Assembly (NCBI GenBank): GCA_029945945.1
Contig: JAQSDM010000001.1
Coordinates: forward strand, 25,705-89,704
Reading direction: 5' to 3'
DNA: 64,000 nt
Origin: Algoriphagus sp.
GTDB lineage: Bacteria > Bacteroidota > Bacteroidia > Cytophagales > Cyclobacteriaceae
Of this stretch, positions 1-9,423 are shown piece after piece. Position 1 is the stretch's first letter, and every line of letters starts with the position of its first letter. The notes beneath the pieces are model-generated. The model was not told the origin of the DNA and did no database searches. It was given only the letters and a program-made list of their open reading frames with translations. The position numbers and the translations under genes were made by a program.

Positions 1-259
1 CAGCAATCGGCTTGGCTCTGAGTTTTTCCTGCGGAACAACGACTTCCTGAAACACAGGTTTTGGTTCCGGAGCCTGACGCTTTGGCTTTTGAGCCTCACG
101 AATTTCTTTCAGCAGATCTTCAAAACTCACTGGCTTTGGACCGCTTTCTTCCTCCGGCTGATTCGTTTCAGCAAGTTCTTTTTCTTTCTTGCCCTGAACA
201 GCCCGATAGATAAAATAGCCTATAACGGCAACTACGTAAACAATATTTCCTAAATCCAC
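1..259 (-). CDS. hypothetical membrane-anchored protein (5' part only; continues beyond the window start)
   Basis: The minus-strand frame is open from GTG at 259 down to position 1, with an in-frame stop just upstream (269-271). It translates to VDLGNIVYVVAVIGYFIYRAV..., one hydrophobic helix followed by a K/E/P-rich linker. It is absent from the ORF track because it is open-ended. Confidence 0.3.
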   Translation of the reverse strand, partial: MDLGNIVYVVAVIGYFIYRAVQGKKEKELAETNQPEEESGPKPVSFEDLLKEIREAQKPKRQAPEPKPVFQEVVVPQEKLRAKPIA

Positions 260-420
260 ACGGGTAAGTTAAGCCATTCCCGGGAGTTTCAGGAAGGATT
301 CATCTCAATTTTTTCCTTTCTGAAACTTAATTGCTTTTTCCCCAACAGTGAAGGCTCGTTTCCTTGGCAAATCTGCCAAATGATCTTATTTTGTCTGATT
401 AATTCAGAAGAAAAAAACGA

Positions 421-3400
421 ATGCTGCTCAGTAAACTGGAGATCAAGGGGTTCAAGAGTTTTGGCGACAAGATGGTCATCCATTTTGACAAAGGAATCAC
501 GGGTGTGGTCGGTCCAAATGGTTGCGGCAAATCCAATGTCGTCGATGCAATCCGATGGGTGCTCGGTGAGCAAAAGACCCGTATGCTCCGATCCGACAAG
601 ATGGAGAATGTGATCTTCAACGGAACCAAAAACCGTAAACCGGTCAATCTTGCGGAGGTTTCACTCACTTTTGAAAATACCAAAAACCTCCTCCCTACTG
701 AATACACGCACGTCACGATCACCCGGCGATACTACCGAACCGGCGAAAGTGAATACCAAATAAACGGCGTCACCTGCCGCCTGAAGGACATCACAAACCT
801 CTTCATGGATACGGGGATCAACTCGAACAGCTATGCGATCATCGAGTTGAAGATGATCGACGAGTTGCTCAATGATAAGAATAACTCCCGAAGAGAGCTT
901 TTCGAGGAAGCTGCAGGGATCTCCAAATTCAAAAACCGGAAGCGGGAAACCCTGCGGAAACTGGAAGATACAGACGGGGATTTATCACGTGTGGAAGACT
1001 TGCTTTTTGAGATCGACAAGAACCTGAAAAGCCTCGAAAAGCAGGCAAAGCAAGCTTCCAGATACTTTGAAATCAAAGCCGAATATCGGGTGGCCTCGAT
1101 CAATCTGGCGAAGAAAAGCATCGAGAAATACACCAAATCCCTGGTGGAAACGCATCGAAAAATCCAGGAGGAAAGCGACCGGAAACTTCAATACCAAACT
1201 CAGATCGCAGATTCCGAAGCACTGTTGAGTCAGTTGAAGGCAGATCTCATTCTGAAGGAAAAATTGCTCGCCAGCCGTCAAAAAACACTGAACGAACACG
1301 TCAATAAAATCCGTCAATTCGAATCGGAAAAGAAGATCAAATACGAGCGATTGAAATTCCTTGAGGAGCGTTCGCAGAAGCTCCGTGAGCAGATCGATTC
1401 GGACCGAAAGTCAAATGATCGGGCGGGATTCAGCATTCGCTCTCTTCAGCAGGAGAAAGAATCAGCCGAGAAAATGCTCGCCGAAAAGGAATTGATCGTA
1501 TCTGAATTGAGGGAAGCCTATGATTCTCAAAAGCTCATTCAAACCGAAAAGCAACAATCCCAGAAGGAGCTCAGCCAAAGTTTTGAGAAGCTGAAGGAGA
1601 AAGTCTATCAGCTGACCAAGGAAGTTGAGATCAAGCAAATCCAGCTTTCCACGCTGAAGCAGGAACTCGAGCGAACTTCCAGCGATGATTCCAATCAGGA
1701 AGCAAGTTTGGTGGATTTCGAAGAAAAACTGATCGAACTCCGGGCCGAACTCGAAGTCTCCAACAAGACCTATGCTGACCTTAAACTCAAGCAGGAAGAC
1801 CTGGATCAGAAGATCGAGGACACCAACCGGGTGATCGAAATGATCCGCGAGGAACTCACCCAATCTTCCCGTAAACTCGATTCCAAAACCAACGAATACA
1901 ACCTCACCAAATCCCTGGTGGAGAATCTGGAAGGCTTCCCGGAAGCGATCAAATTCCTGAAGAAAAACACCTCCTGGGGCAAGGATATTCCGCTCCTCTC
2001 CGACCTCCTGACCACGGATGAGAAATACCGGGTCACGATCGAAAACTACCTCGAGGCCTACATGAATTACTATGTGGTCGATACCGAATCTCAGGCGATT
2101 GCTGCGATTCAATTGCTGAGTGATACCGCCCGCGGAAAGGCAAATTTCTTCGTGTTGGAGCATTTTGAGCGGTTCAAACCGAGTCAAAGCAAGCTATTCG
2201 CCAACGCAATTGCAGCGACAGAAATCATCGAATTCGATCTCAAATACAGCCGTCTGATCAATTTCATCCTGGACAATGCCTACATCGTGCAGGGCGAACT
2301 CAATCATTTTCCGCAGGATCCTGACGCGATTTTCATCTCCGAAAACGGCAAATACACCAAGCGCAAATTCAGCCTTTCGGGTGGTTCTGTAGGTCTTTTC
2401 GAAGGAAAAAGAATCGGTCGGGCCAAGAACCTGGAGAAACTGGACAAGGACATCAAAGAGCTTCAGAAGAAAGTCAGCACCACCCGATCCAACCTGGATC
2501 AGAAGCTTTCTGACCTGATGAAGCTGAAGGAAGTCAACTACAAGAAGACGCTGGAGGATTGGCAAAATAAGATCAGCGAACTCAATCAGAATTTTGTCTC
2601 TGTCCGTACCAAAAAGGAACAATTGGCCGAATTGCTCAGCAGCAACGCCAATAAGCGGGAAGATATTCTGGACCGGATTTCAAATCTGGAGGAAAGTTTG
2701 ACCGAGATTCAGCCACAACTTTTTGCAGAAAAAGCAGAATTCCAATCCGCCCACGAAGACCTCGAATCGCTGACAGAATTACTGGAAAAAGAATCTACCC
2801 GACTGGCCGAAAAGTCCCAGGCGTTCAACGCCGAAAACATCCAATACCATCAGCAACTCAACCGGGTTGGCAGTTTGGATCAGGAAATTGAATTCAAACA
2901 AAGTGCCTACGAAGGCTCCAAAGAGCGGATCGAAAAGTCACAGTCTGAGCTTTCGCAGCTGGATGGAGAGATCAAATCGCTGCTTGAAAACAACGAAGTG
3001 AAGGACGACGAGCTGATCGAACTCTATTCCGAAAAAGAAGGAATCGAAGGCGGGGTGCAGGAAGCCGAACGCGATTATTACGGTTCGCGCGGGCTGATCG
3101 ACGAGACCGATCAGAAGATCCGCAGCATTCAGAAGGTGAAGGAAATCCACGATCAGCTTTTGCAGGAACTCCAAAACGGCATCAATGAGATCAAACTCAA
3201 AATGACCGGAATGAAGGAGCGACTCAGCGTTGAGTTTGAGCTGGACCTGGATCAGTTGATGGAGGAAAATCCTGAACTGGATGCAGATTTCAGGGATTTT
3301 GCAGAGAATCAGTTGCGCGAATTGGTCAGCAAGCAAAAAGAAAAACTCGAGAAAATCGGTCCGATCAACCCGATGGCCATGGAAGCGTATGACGAAATCA

Positions 3401-3960
3401 AAGTTCGCTATGACTTCATCACCAGCCAAAAAGAAGACCTGATCAAAGCCAAAGAATCGCTCCTCTCCACGATCAAAGAAATCGATCAGGTTGCAAAAGA
3501 CACCTTCCTCGATGCCTTTGGGAAAATCAAAGAAAACTTCATCAAGGTGTTCCGGTCCCTCTTTACCGAGCAGGATGACTGCGACCTGATCCTGATCGAT
3601 CCGGAAAATCCGCTGGAATCGCCGATCGAGATCATCGCCAAGCCCAAGGGCAAGCGACCGCTAACCATCAATCAACTTTCCGGAGGGGAGAAGACGCTGA
3701 CCGCCACTTCCCTCCTCTTTTCGATCTACCTGCTGAAGCCTGCGCCCTTCTGTATTTTCGACGAAGTGGACGCACCGCTTGACGATGCGAACATTGACAA
3801 GTTCAACCAGATCATCCAGAAGTTTAGCAAAGAGAGCCAGTTTATCATCGTCACCCACAACAAGCGCACGATGGCCAGCACTGATATTATCTACGGCATC
3901 ACGATGATCGAAGCGGGAGTTTCGAGAGTGGTTCCGGTGGATTTGAGGGAGTTGGCGTAG
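421..3960 (+). CDS. smc: chromosome segregation protein SMC
   Basis: 1179-aa ORF. It has an N-terminal Walker A (GPNGCGKSNVVDAIRWVLGEQ), a long E/K/L/Q-rich coiled-coil with a central hinge, a C-terminal signature LSGGEKTLTA and a Walker B FCIFDEVDAPLD. Confidence 0.95.
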   Translation: MLLSKLEIKGFKSFGDKMVIHFDKGITGVVGPNGCGKSNVVDAIRWVLGEQKTRMLRSDKMENVIFNGTKNRKPVNLAEVSLTFENTKNLLPTEYTHVTITRRYYRTGESEYQINGVTCRLKDITNLFMDTGINSNSYAIIELKMIDELLNDKNNSRRELFEEAAGISKFKNRKRETLRKLEDTDGDLSRVEDLLFEIDKNLKSLEKQAKQASRYFEIKAEYRVASINLAKKSIEKYTKSLVETHRKIQEESDRKLQYQTQIADSEALLSQLKADLILKEKLLASRQKTLNEHVNKIRQFESEKKIKYERLKFLEERSQKLREQIDSDRKSNDRAGFSIRSLQQEKESAEKMLAEKELIVSELREAYDSQKLIQTEKQQSQKELSQSFEKLKEKVYQLTKEVEIKQIQLSTLKQELERTSSDDSNQEASLVDFEEKLIELRAELEVSNKTYADLKLKQEDLDQKIEDTNRVIEMIREELTQSSRKLDSKTNEYNLTKSLVENLEGFPEAIKFLKKNTSWGKDIPLLSDLLTTDEKYRVTIENYLEAYMNYYVVDTESQAIAAIQLLSDTARGKANFFVLEHFERFKPSQSKLFANAIAATEIIEFDLKYSRLINFILDNAYIVQGELNHFPQDPDAIFISENGKYTKRKFSLSGGSVGLFEGKRIGRAKNLEKLDKDIKELQKKVSTTRSNLDQKLSDLMKLKEVNYKKTLEDWQNKISELNQNFVSVRTKKEQLAELLSSNANKREDILDRISNLEESLTEIQPQLFAEKAEFQSAHEDLESLTELLEKESTRLAEKSQAFNAENIQYHQQLNRVGSLDQEIEFKQSAYEGSKERIEKSQSELSQLDGEIKSLLENNEVKDDELIELYSEKEGIEGGVQEAERDYYGSRGLIDETDQKIRSIQKVKEIHDQLLQELQNGINEIKLKMTGMKERLSVEFELDLDQLMEENPELDADFRDFAENQLRELVSKQKEKLEKIGPINPMAMEAYDEIKVRYDFITSQKEDLIKAKESLLSTIKEIDQVAKDTFLDAFGKIKENFIKVFRSLFTEQDDCDLILIDPENPLESPIEIIAKPKGKRPLTINQLSGGEKTLTATSLLFSIYLLKPAPFCIFDEVDAPLDDANIDKFNQIIQKFSKESQFIIVTHNKRTMASTDIIYGITMIEAGVSRVVPVDLRELA

Positions 3961-3962
3961 GC

Positions 3963-3994
3963 GTCATTGCGAGGAGCGAAACGACGAAGCAATC
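3963..3994 (+). repeat. short palindromic-ended unit gtcattgcgagg-N10-cgaagcaatc (copy 1)
   Basis: It begins 3 nt after the smc stop. The ends attgc/gcaat are complementary, and the same ends recur at 4035-4097. Confidence 0.7.
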
Positions 3995-3997
3995 TGT

Positions 3998-4030
3998 TTA
4001 GGGATTAGAGAATAGGGATTAGGGATTAGG
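3998..4030 (+). repeat. degenerate heptamer tract (GGGATTA / GAGAATA)
   Basis: Reads tta-gggatta-gagaata-gggatta-gggatta-gg and lies between the two gtcattgcgagg units. Confidence 0.75.
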
Positions 4031-4034
4031 ACAC

Positions 4035-4097
4035 GTCATTGCGAGGGTTTTTACAAAGACTTAGGTGATCAAAATCATTCAAACCCGAAGCAATCTT
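4035..4097 (+). repeat. same unit with a different, longer interior (copy 2)
   Basis: Sequence gtcattgcgagg-gtttttacaaagacttaggtgatcaaaatcattcaaac-ccgaagcaatc. The interior adds its own gggttt/aaaccc pairing. Confidence 0.7.
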
Positions 4098-4103
4098 ATT
4101 CAT

Positions 4104-4232
4104 TTGAAACAAATCCCCCCATCAACACCCCCTGTTTTTGGCTACAGATTTTTGATCGATTGACGGGCAGACGGCCAAAAACCAAAATCGTTTTTCCAAA
4201 TCTGACCCCCGGTTAAAACCGGGGGCTACCAA
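4104..4232 (+). repeat. module A of the intergenic repeat family (diverged copy A1)
   Basis: Box aaatccccccatcaacaccccctg, then stem gtttttggc (4134-4142) / gccaaaaac (4174-4182), then hairpin cccccgg-ttaaaa-ccggggg (4206-4225), then ggctacc. It is collinear with copies at 9024, 13861 and 14247. Confidence 0.7.
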
Positions 4233-4339
4233 CCAAATGTCCCGATGGGACAACTATCGGCCAGAGATCGTTCCATGGGAACGATTGATTGGTAGAACAA
4301 ATAGAATCAATTTGGAGAAGGTTCGTTCCGTAGGAACGA
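4226..4339 (+). repeat. cluster of short GC-closed hairpins with an enclosing 7-bp helix
   Basis: Hairpins are gtccc-gat-gggac (4239-4251), atcgttcc-atg-ggaacgat (4267-4285) and tcgttcc-gta-ggaacga (4323-4339). The first two are enclosed by ctaccaa (4226-4232) / ttggtag (4289-4295). Confidence 0.6.
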
Positions 4340-4548
4340 TTGGTGGAAAATTCAATCTTGATAAAATCTCAAATTTTATTAAAAAGTGAAAAAGCCTTTA
4401 GCATCATTCATTCCACTCCATTCTTCCTTGAATATTGACCAGGCAGGAGCGACCAACCCTACCATTTTATGCATCCTTTTTTGGGTATTGCTGGATTTTC
4501 AATGAATTATTCAGGAAATTATAGTGAGGTAACCAAACGATCCCGGCC

Positions 4549-4842
4549 ATGATACCCAATCACAACCCCTACAGAGCTTCCATTTTAGAAACAATCCATT
4601 CCTTGTCGACTATGGAAGCGGAGGTGATATCCAAAACCCTCAGCATATTAATGGCAGGGGAATGGAAAGAAATGCATGAGACCTTTGAGGAAGGAAAGAA
4701 ATTTGGGTTTACCCTAACCCAATTGGGAACCTCAACGGATCAGAATGTGGTATCTATGGTCAAACTCATCAAGAATCTGAGAAAAACGATCAACAAGCTC
4801 CAAACCCAAAACAATATCCCGGATGAAGAAGTGGAGTTTTGA
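4549..4842 (+). CDS. hypothetical protein (97 aa)
   Basis: It is the only long ORF in this gap, with no recognisable motif. It sits directly downstream of the repeat-rich region 3961-4400. Confidence 0.4.
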   Translation: MIPNHNPYRASILETIHSLSTMEAEVISKTLSILMAGEWKEMHETFEEGKKFGFTLTQLGTSTDQNVVSMVKLIKNLRKTINKLQTQNNIPDEEVEF

Positions 4843-4973
4843 GTTTTCAAAAAGAGGTGAGTGAACTCATTGACTACCCTTTCTTATGCTTCACCTGCTT
4901 TTGAAACTTCCATTTCTAAGCGGTATCACCTGTAAGAAAAATTGCTTTATCTTGAAAGGAAAAATTGTCTGCT

Positions 4974-6494
4974 ATGCGTACACTTTTCCCTGCCGTTATC
5001 TTTTTTGTTTTGCTCCTCACAGGTTGCGAAAAATCAAGTGAAACTTCCACTCTCCTGGATGCCGATACCCAAGCTTGGTGGGTAACCACCACCGAACTTT
5101 CCAGCGATGAAATGGAGGGCCGGGATACGGGTTCTCCAGGCTATGCCCGTGCTGCGGATGTGGTTGCGAAGCGATTCGCTGCCGCAGGGCTTCAACCCTT
5201 GGGTGACCAGGGCAGCTGGTTTCAGGATGTAGCGATGGAGGAAACGGAAATTACCCAGGCATCGATCACTGTAGGCGGTCGTGAGTTGAGGTTTCTGCAT
5301 GATTTTTATGCCTCTCCGGGAAGCGTGACTGAGTCAATCGAAGCGCCAATTGTTTACTGTGGCTATTGCGACTCTACTTCCATCACCAAGGTAAAGGACA
5401 AGTTGGTGATCTGCCACGGCACTCGACGAGAAGGCCTACCCGCTGATGCCGATCGGGTAAAAATCCTTACTGAAGCCGGTGCGTTGGGAATGATCCTTAT
5501 TGCAGATCCAGGTTTTACGGTTGAGCCCCCACGATGGCCTTTTGCTTATAGCCGAAGCGTGCGGCTGGTCGGTTCTACCTCTACTGCACCTGCTCTCCTT
5601 AATTTCAGACTCAATGCGGATGCATTGACCAAAGTAATCGAAGGCAGTGGGCAAAACGCAAAAGAATTGATTGATTTGGGCAGTCAGGGAAAACCCCTTC
5701 CCTCATTTGAGCTCCCTGATTCGTTCAAGGCGAGTTTCACCACCTCTCAGCGGACTTTAAATTCCCCAAACATCCTTGGTCTCTTGCCGGGCACTGATCC
5801 AGCGCTGGCAGATCAGGCGATTGTGCTGACTGCCCACCTGGATGGCTATGGGTATGGTGAACCGGTGGATGGGGACAGTTTGTATAACGGCACTTTGGAT
5901 GATGCGGCTTATGTGGCACTTTTGATCCAATTGGCAGAAAGACTGGGTGGAACCGGATATAAAAGGCCTTTGATTTTTGCGATAGTGACAGGTGAAGAGA
6001 AAGGATTGCTGGGTACTCGGCATCTCATCCAAAATCTTCCTGTTCCTCTGGAAACCATCGCAGCCAATATCAACCTGGATCAACTCCGTCCGCTGTTTCC
6101 ACTCGAGTTGCTTACTGTTCATGCCCTTGATGAAACTACGCTTGGGGATGACGCAGCTTCCGTGGCAGCGAGTATGCAGATTAAAGTTCAGAATGACCCC
6201 GAACCAGAACGAGGACTAATCCGACGCTCAGACCATTGGGTTTTTATTCAGGCAGGGATTCCGGCCATCAATTTTGTCTTTGGTTTTGAGCCGGGCAGTG
6301 AGAGCGAACGAATCTACCGGGAGTGGTACCGTGTAGGGTATCACACGCCCAAGGATGATCTCGTGCAAAAAATGGACTGGGTTGCAGCAGCCAAGTTCAA
6401 CCAGTTTTTTTACGGATTGGTAGAAAAGGTTGCCGATGGAGCAGAAGCACCGGCATGGAAACCCGAAAGCAAGTTGAAGCCTGAAAAACCTTAG
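4974..6494 (+). CDS. M28 family metallopeptidase (aminopeptidase with PA-like insert), lipoprotein
   Basis: Signal peptide with lipobox LLLTGC. M28 metal-ligand blocks TAHLDGYGYG, DDAAYVALLIQLAE, VTGEEKGLLGTRH and DHWVF are present. I prefer ATG 4974 over the TTG at 4965 listed in the track. Confidence 0.85.
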   Translation: MRTLFPAVIFFVLLLTGCEKSSETSTLLDADTQAWWVTTTELSSDEMEGRDTGSPGYARAADVVAKRFAAAGLQPLGDQGSWFQDVAMEETEITQASITVGGRELRFLHDFYASPGSVTESIEAPIVYCGYCDSTSITKVKDKLVICHGTRREGLPADADRVKILTEAGALGMILIADPGFTVEPPRWPFAYSRSVRLVGSTSTAPALLNFRLNADALTKVIEGSGQNAKELIDLGSQGKPLPSFELPDSFKASFTTSQRTLNSPNILGLLPGTDPALADQAIVLTAHLDGYGYGEPVDGDSLYNGTLDDAAYVALLIQLAERLGGTGYKRPLIFAIVTGEEKGLLGTRHLIQNLPVPLETIAANINLDQLRPLFPLELLTVHALDETTLGDDAASVAASMQIKVQNDPEPERGLIRRSDHWVFIQAGIPAINFVFGFEPGSESERIYREWYRVGYHTPKDDLVQKMDWVAAAKFNQFFYGLVEKVADGAEAPAWKPESKLKPEKP

Positions 6495-6661
6495 AATTTA
6501 GAAAAAGGGAATCGATATGAATTTGGTAAAAGTGATTCATACGCAGCTGCGCTTTTTTTCAGACTGGATATAGTAATCCAACTTGTCTGAATACCCTAAA
6601 GATCGATTCAATTTTGACTTTCCAGAATCACCAGAAGGATCATGCAATAGAATATAAAAAC

Positions 6662-6704
6662 AAAAAAAGCCCGTCAGGTAAAATCTAACGGGCTTTTCTG
6701 TTTT
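6662..6704. terminator. bidirectional intrinsic terminator (M28 / S9 peptidase genes)
   Basis: aaaaaaa-agcccgt-N13-acgggct-tttctgtttt. It lies between convergent genes. Confidence 0.7.
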
Positions 6705-8928
6705 AGTTCGTGCTGGCTGAAGGTTCTGTTTTATCCTTCTCCTTGGTAAACTGTTTATCATAAAAGTCAAAAATTCGCTTCCATTGATCGTAAAAATCAG
6801 TTTCGTTGCTTGCCCCACCAGCGCCATGACCGCCATTTAGGTAATTCACCCAAACCACCTCTTTGCCTAATCGACGCATCGCAAAATAAAGTTCGCGCGA
6901 ATTGCCTCCGGGAACATTCCAATCGCCTTCTCCTGTCAGAATCAAGTGAGGTGTTTTGATCCTATCGGCATATAATACTGCGGTAGTAGCTAAGTATTTT
7001 AAAGGATCATCCCAAAGTGAACCCCCTATTCGGTCTTGACCATTTTCGGCTGCTGCATAGTTTCGAGTTCCTATTTTGGGACTGTCTCCTAAGAAACTGA
7101 TGATATTCACCTTTCCCGAAATATTGATAGCAGCTGCAAATCGATCGGTTTGAGTGATCAGCAAAGAAGTAGCGTATCCTCCATAACTCACCCCCTGTAC
7201 TCCGACTTTTTCATTATCTACTTTTCCCTCATCCACCAATTTATTGATGGCGGAAGTAATGCCTTTTACCCAAGCTTCTCCCGGATAGCCGATCTCGAGA
7301 TCGACCGAGGGACGAAGGGCAAAATACCCTTGATTGGCAATCAGGTTCATATTCCGGTTGTATCCGTTGGAATAGAAGGTTTCATAGATTTCACAGACCA
7401 GCGGATAGGTTTTGCCCGGCTCATAATCCACCGGATAGTATAAAACCCCTTTCAATTCCTTGCCGTCCGTATCCCGGTAAGAAATCAATTCAGATCGAGT
7501 GAGTTTCTTCGTACTCATCCAGGGATTGAGATCTGTGAGGACTTTCATGGCACTAAAACTCGCATCGGTGGACATCAGATTTGCTGGCATATCTCCATCA
7601 GAAACGCTAAGGACATACTTGCTCCCATCTTTAGATGTCTTGATATCCGTATATAAATTCGAATTGAGCAGGATATTTTCCATCTTCTTGGTTTCCAGAT
7701 CAAATCTGGTGAAACCCCTTTCCCACTTTTCCTTGCTGGAATAGCTAAAATAGAGGGAGCGCTCATCGCTTGACCAATTCAATAAACCCAAGTCCGGAGC
7801 TTTTTCTTTTTTCTCCGGCAATTCATAAATCATTTCCAATTGATTACCTGCTGCATCTGCCAGCCAATAGCCTTTTTCCGAGCTCAAAAGCAATTTACCT
7901 TCCTGAGGACTCCAGGACATAATTGAAAACTTTACTTCTTTTTTCTTTTCCTCATCAGAGTAGGCTTTTCCCTTGGTCAGGTTTAGGGCGCTATCTCCGT
8001 CCAGCTTTTGAACATAGACATGGCCTGAATCCACCCAGGCATATTGGCTTTTACTTTCTGACCAGGAAAATTCACGTCTCTTCTCGTTGCGAGAATAAAT
8101 GACTTTTGCAGAGTCAGGCGCATTTATATTCAAAAACGAGGTTTGGAATTCCGTCCCCTTGTTTTGCTCGTAAGCTGTTTTTAAAGGAAAAGATTGATTA
8201 AAAATCAGTTTTTGGCCATCAGATGTCACTTCAATGCCATTATAATTTGATTCTCCCAAAATTTTCAGCGCTTTTCCATTGGCTAAATTCACCTGATGTA
8301 CTTCGGTCAGGTTGTTGGTATTTCGTATTTCATCCCAATTCAGAAATGGTTTTGAACCGTCGTAAACGACAATGGGACCCTTCGTAGCTTCATTGTAAAC
8401 TGCCATCGCTCGAGCCATCCAAGTAGCTTCCCGCGTGTGAATTAGCAGAGATTTGCTATCAGGCATCCAAGTGATTTCTGAATTTGCAAGAAGTGGATTT
8501 CCAGAAACAGATACTTCTCTCAGTTTTTTTCGAGCTATATCGTAAACCATCAGATGAAGCTTGGTATCCTTTTCCTCCAAAAAAGCGATTTCGATATTAT
8601 TCGGAGCCCAGGAGAGAGAGGTGACTTTTGCTTTTCCGGAATACGGTCTCAACTCAGAACCATTTTCAGTGTCGATGATAACCAATTCACTGGGAGAGAC
8701 ATTTAGGTAACTCGGATCCTGGAATCTGAAATGATCCGTTCCAAATCGAGCACTGCCATCGAGGATCAGTCCTGTCAGGTATTTCCCATCATCCGAAAGA
8801 ATTTGACTGTTTAAGTTCCTTACTTTTATCGCATCACTTGCGGTGAAAGCTGTCTTTTGAGCAAGGCTATTGGAAAAGATAAAAACCCAAAGAAAAATGG
8901 GAATGGGGTAAAAGGTTAATTTTTTCAT
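6703..8928 (-). CDS. S9 family serine peptidase (prolyl oligopeptidase/dipeptidyl peptidase-like) with N-terminal beta-propeller
   Basis: 741 aa with a signal peptide and a repeat-rich N-terminal half. The C-terminal alpha/beta-hydrolase part has the nucleophile elbow GVSYGGYA and a distal GGHG. Confidence 0.85.
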   Translation of the reverse strand: MKKLTFYPIPIFLWVFIFSNSLAQKTAFTASDAIKVRNLNSQILSDDGKYLTGLILDGSARFGTDHFRFQDPSYLNVSPSELVIIDTENGSELRPYSGKAKVTSLSWAPNNIEIAFLEEKDTKLHLMVYDIARKKLREVSVSGNPLLANSEITWMPDSKSLLIHTREATWMARAMAVYNEATKGPIVVYDGSKPFLNWDEIRNTNNLTEVHQVNLANGKALKILGESNYNGIEVTSDGQKLIFNQSFPLKTAYEQNKGTEFQTSFLNINAPDSAKVIYSRNEKRREFSWSESKSQYAWVDSGHVYVQKLDGDSALNLTKGKAYSDEEKKKEVKFSIMSWSPQEGKLLLSSEKGYWLADAAGNQLEMIYELPEKKEKAPDLGLLNWSSDERSLYFSYSSKEKWERGFTRFDLETKKMENILLNSNLYTDIKTSKDGSKYVLSVSDGDMPANLMSTDASFSAMKVLTDLNPWMSTKKLTRSELISYRDTDGKELKGVLYYPVDYEPGKTYPLVCEIYETFYSNGYNRNMNLIANQGYFALRPSVDLEIGYPGEAWVKGITSAINKLVDEGKVDNEKVGVQGVSYGGYATSLLITQTDRFAAAINISGKVNIISFLGDSPKIGTRNYAAAENGQDRIGGSLWDDPLKYLATTAVLYADRIKTPHLILTGEGDWNVPGGNSRELYFAMRRLGKEVVWVNYLNGGHGAGGASNETDFYDQWKRIFDFYDKQFTKEKDKTEPSASTN

Positions 8929-9023
8929 GGTTGATGGTTTGGTCGAAACAAGTTAAGGTAATTTTGAAATAATAGTCTATAAGACTCCCTACCAAGGTCT
9001 TTGTCTCAAAGACCTTTCATTTT

Positions 9024-9330
9024 TTAAAAAATTCCACCCTGAAAACCACCGTTTTTTGGCGATAGATTTTGGATAGATTCACTTGGTGACGGCCAAAAAA
9101 CCGAAGTCATAATCTGTCATTTTTATCTCCAGGCCAGATATATTGCCGACGAAGACCGAGCTTCCATGGGACATTTCTCGGCAGGATCATTCAGCTACCA
9201 GAATTATTGTTGTGGAACGGCGGGGGGTCTGCCGCAGCAGCGAGGGGGCGTGAGCCTTGTGCGGCGGGAGCTTTGCTGCGGATTGAATTTTTGGTTCTTT
9301 TGGTTCAAGCCAAAAGAACAAAGAAAAAAA
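9024..9330 (+). repeat. full composite A+B intergenic element (copy AB-1)
   Basis: It is collinear with 13861-14186 over its whole length. Stems are gttttttggc (9051-9060) / gccaaaaaac (9092-9101), ccgcagca (9232-9239) / tgctgcgg (9274-9281), and gttcttttgg-ttcaag-ccaaaagaac (9294-9319). Confidence 0.8.
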
Positions 9331-9382
9331 CCTTTTCATCAAGGTCGATGCCCGAAAGACTATCTGTGTAACTCAGGGCCTC

Positions 9383-9402
9383 CTCGGTGTAACTCTGTGT
9401 CA
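9383..9402 (+). repeat. module C tail motif ctcggtgtaactctgtgtca
   Basis: It recurs as ctcggtgcaactccgtgtca at 16857-16876 and, degraded, as gtgaaactctgtgcca at 14433-14448. Confidence 0.6.
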
Positions 9403-9423
9403 ATTTGAATAAGCTCTAAACGG

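Noticed and set aside
1462-2187. Long antisense ORFs inside strong genes: 1462-2187 in smc, 14801-15562 in the M1 peptidase, 18068-18673 in katG, 33850-34431 in the mutase, 41630-42229 in the glycerate kinase, 42642-43154 in AGCS, 54507-55130 in the tricorn homolog, and 22192-22767 opposite the ADH.
   Set aside because: Each lies fully or mostly opposite a gene with clear family motifs. The translated products are low-complexity or unfamiliar. This is the usual consequence of codon bias on the opposite strand.
3998-4030. Whether the heptamer tracts (also 13777-13848) are a CRISPR array or a telomere-like end.
   Set aside because: The units are 7 nt, contiguous and degenerate, with no spacers, no cas genes and no replicon end. 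This is a microsatellite-like tract.
4226-4295. Possible tRNA-like cloverleaf: a 7-bp closing helix with two internal hairpins.
   Set aside because: The arm and loop sizes are wrong (3-nt loops, 5- and 8-bp arms). There is no T-loop GTTCRANNC, no D-loop and no anticodon loop of 7 nt.
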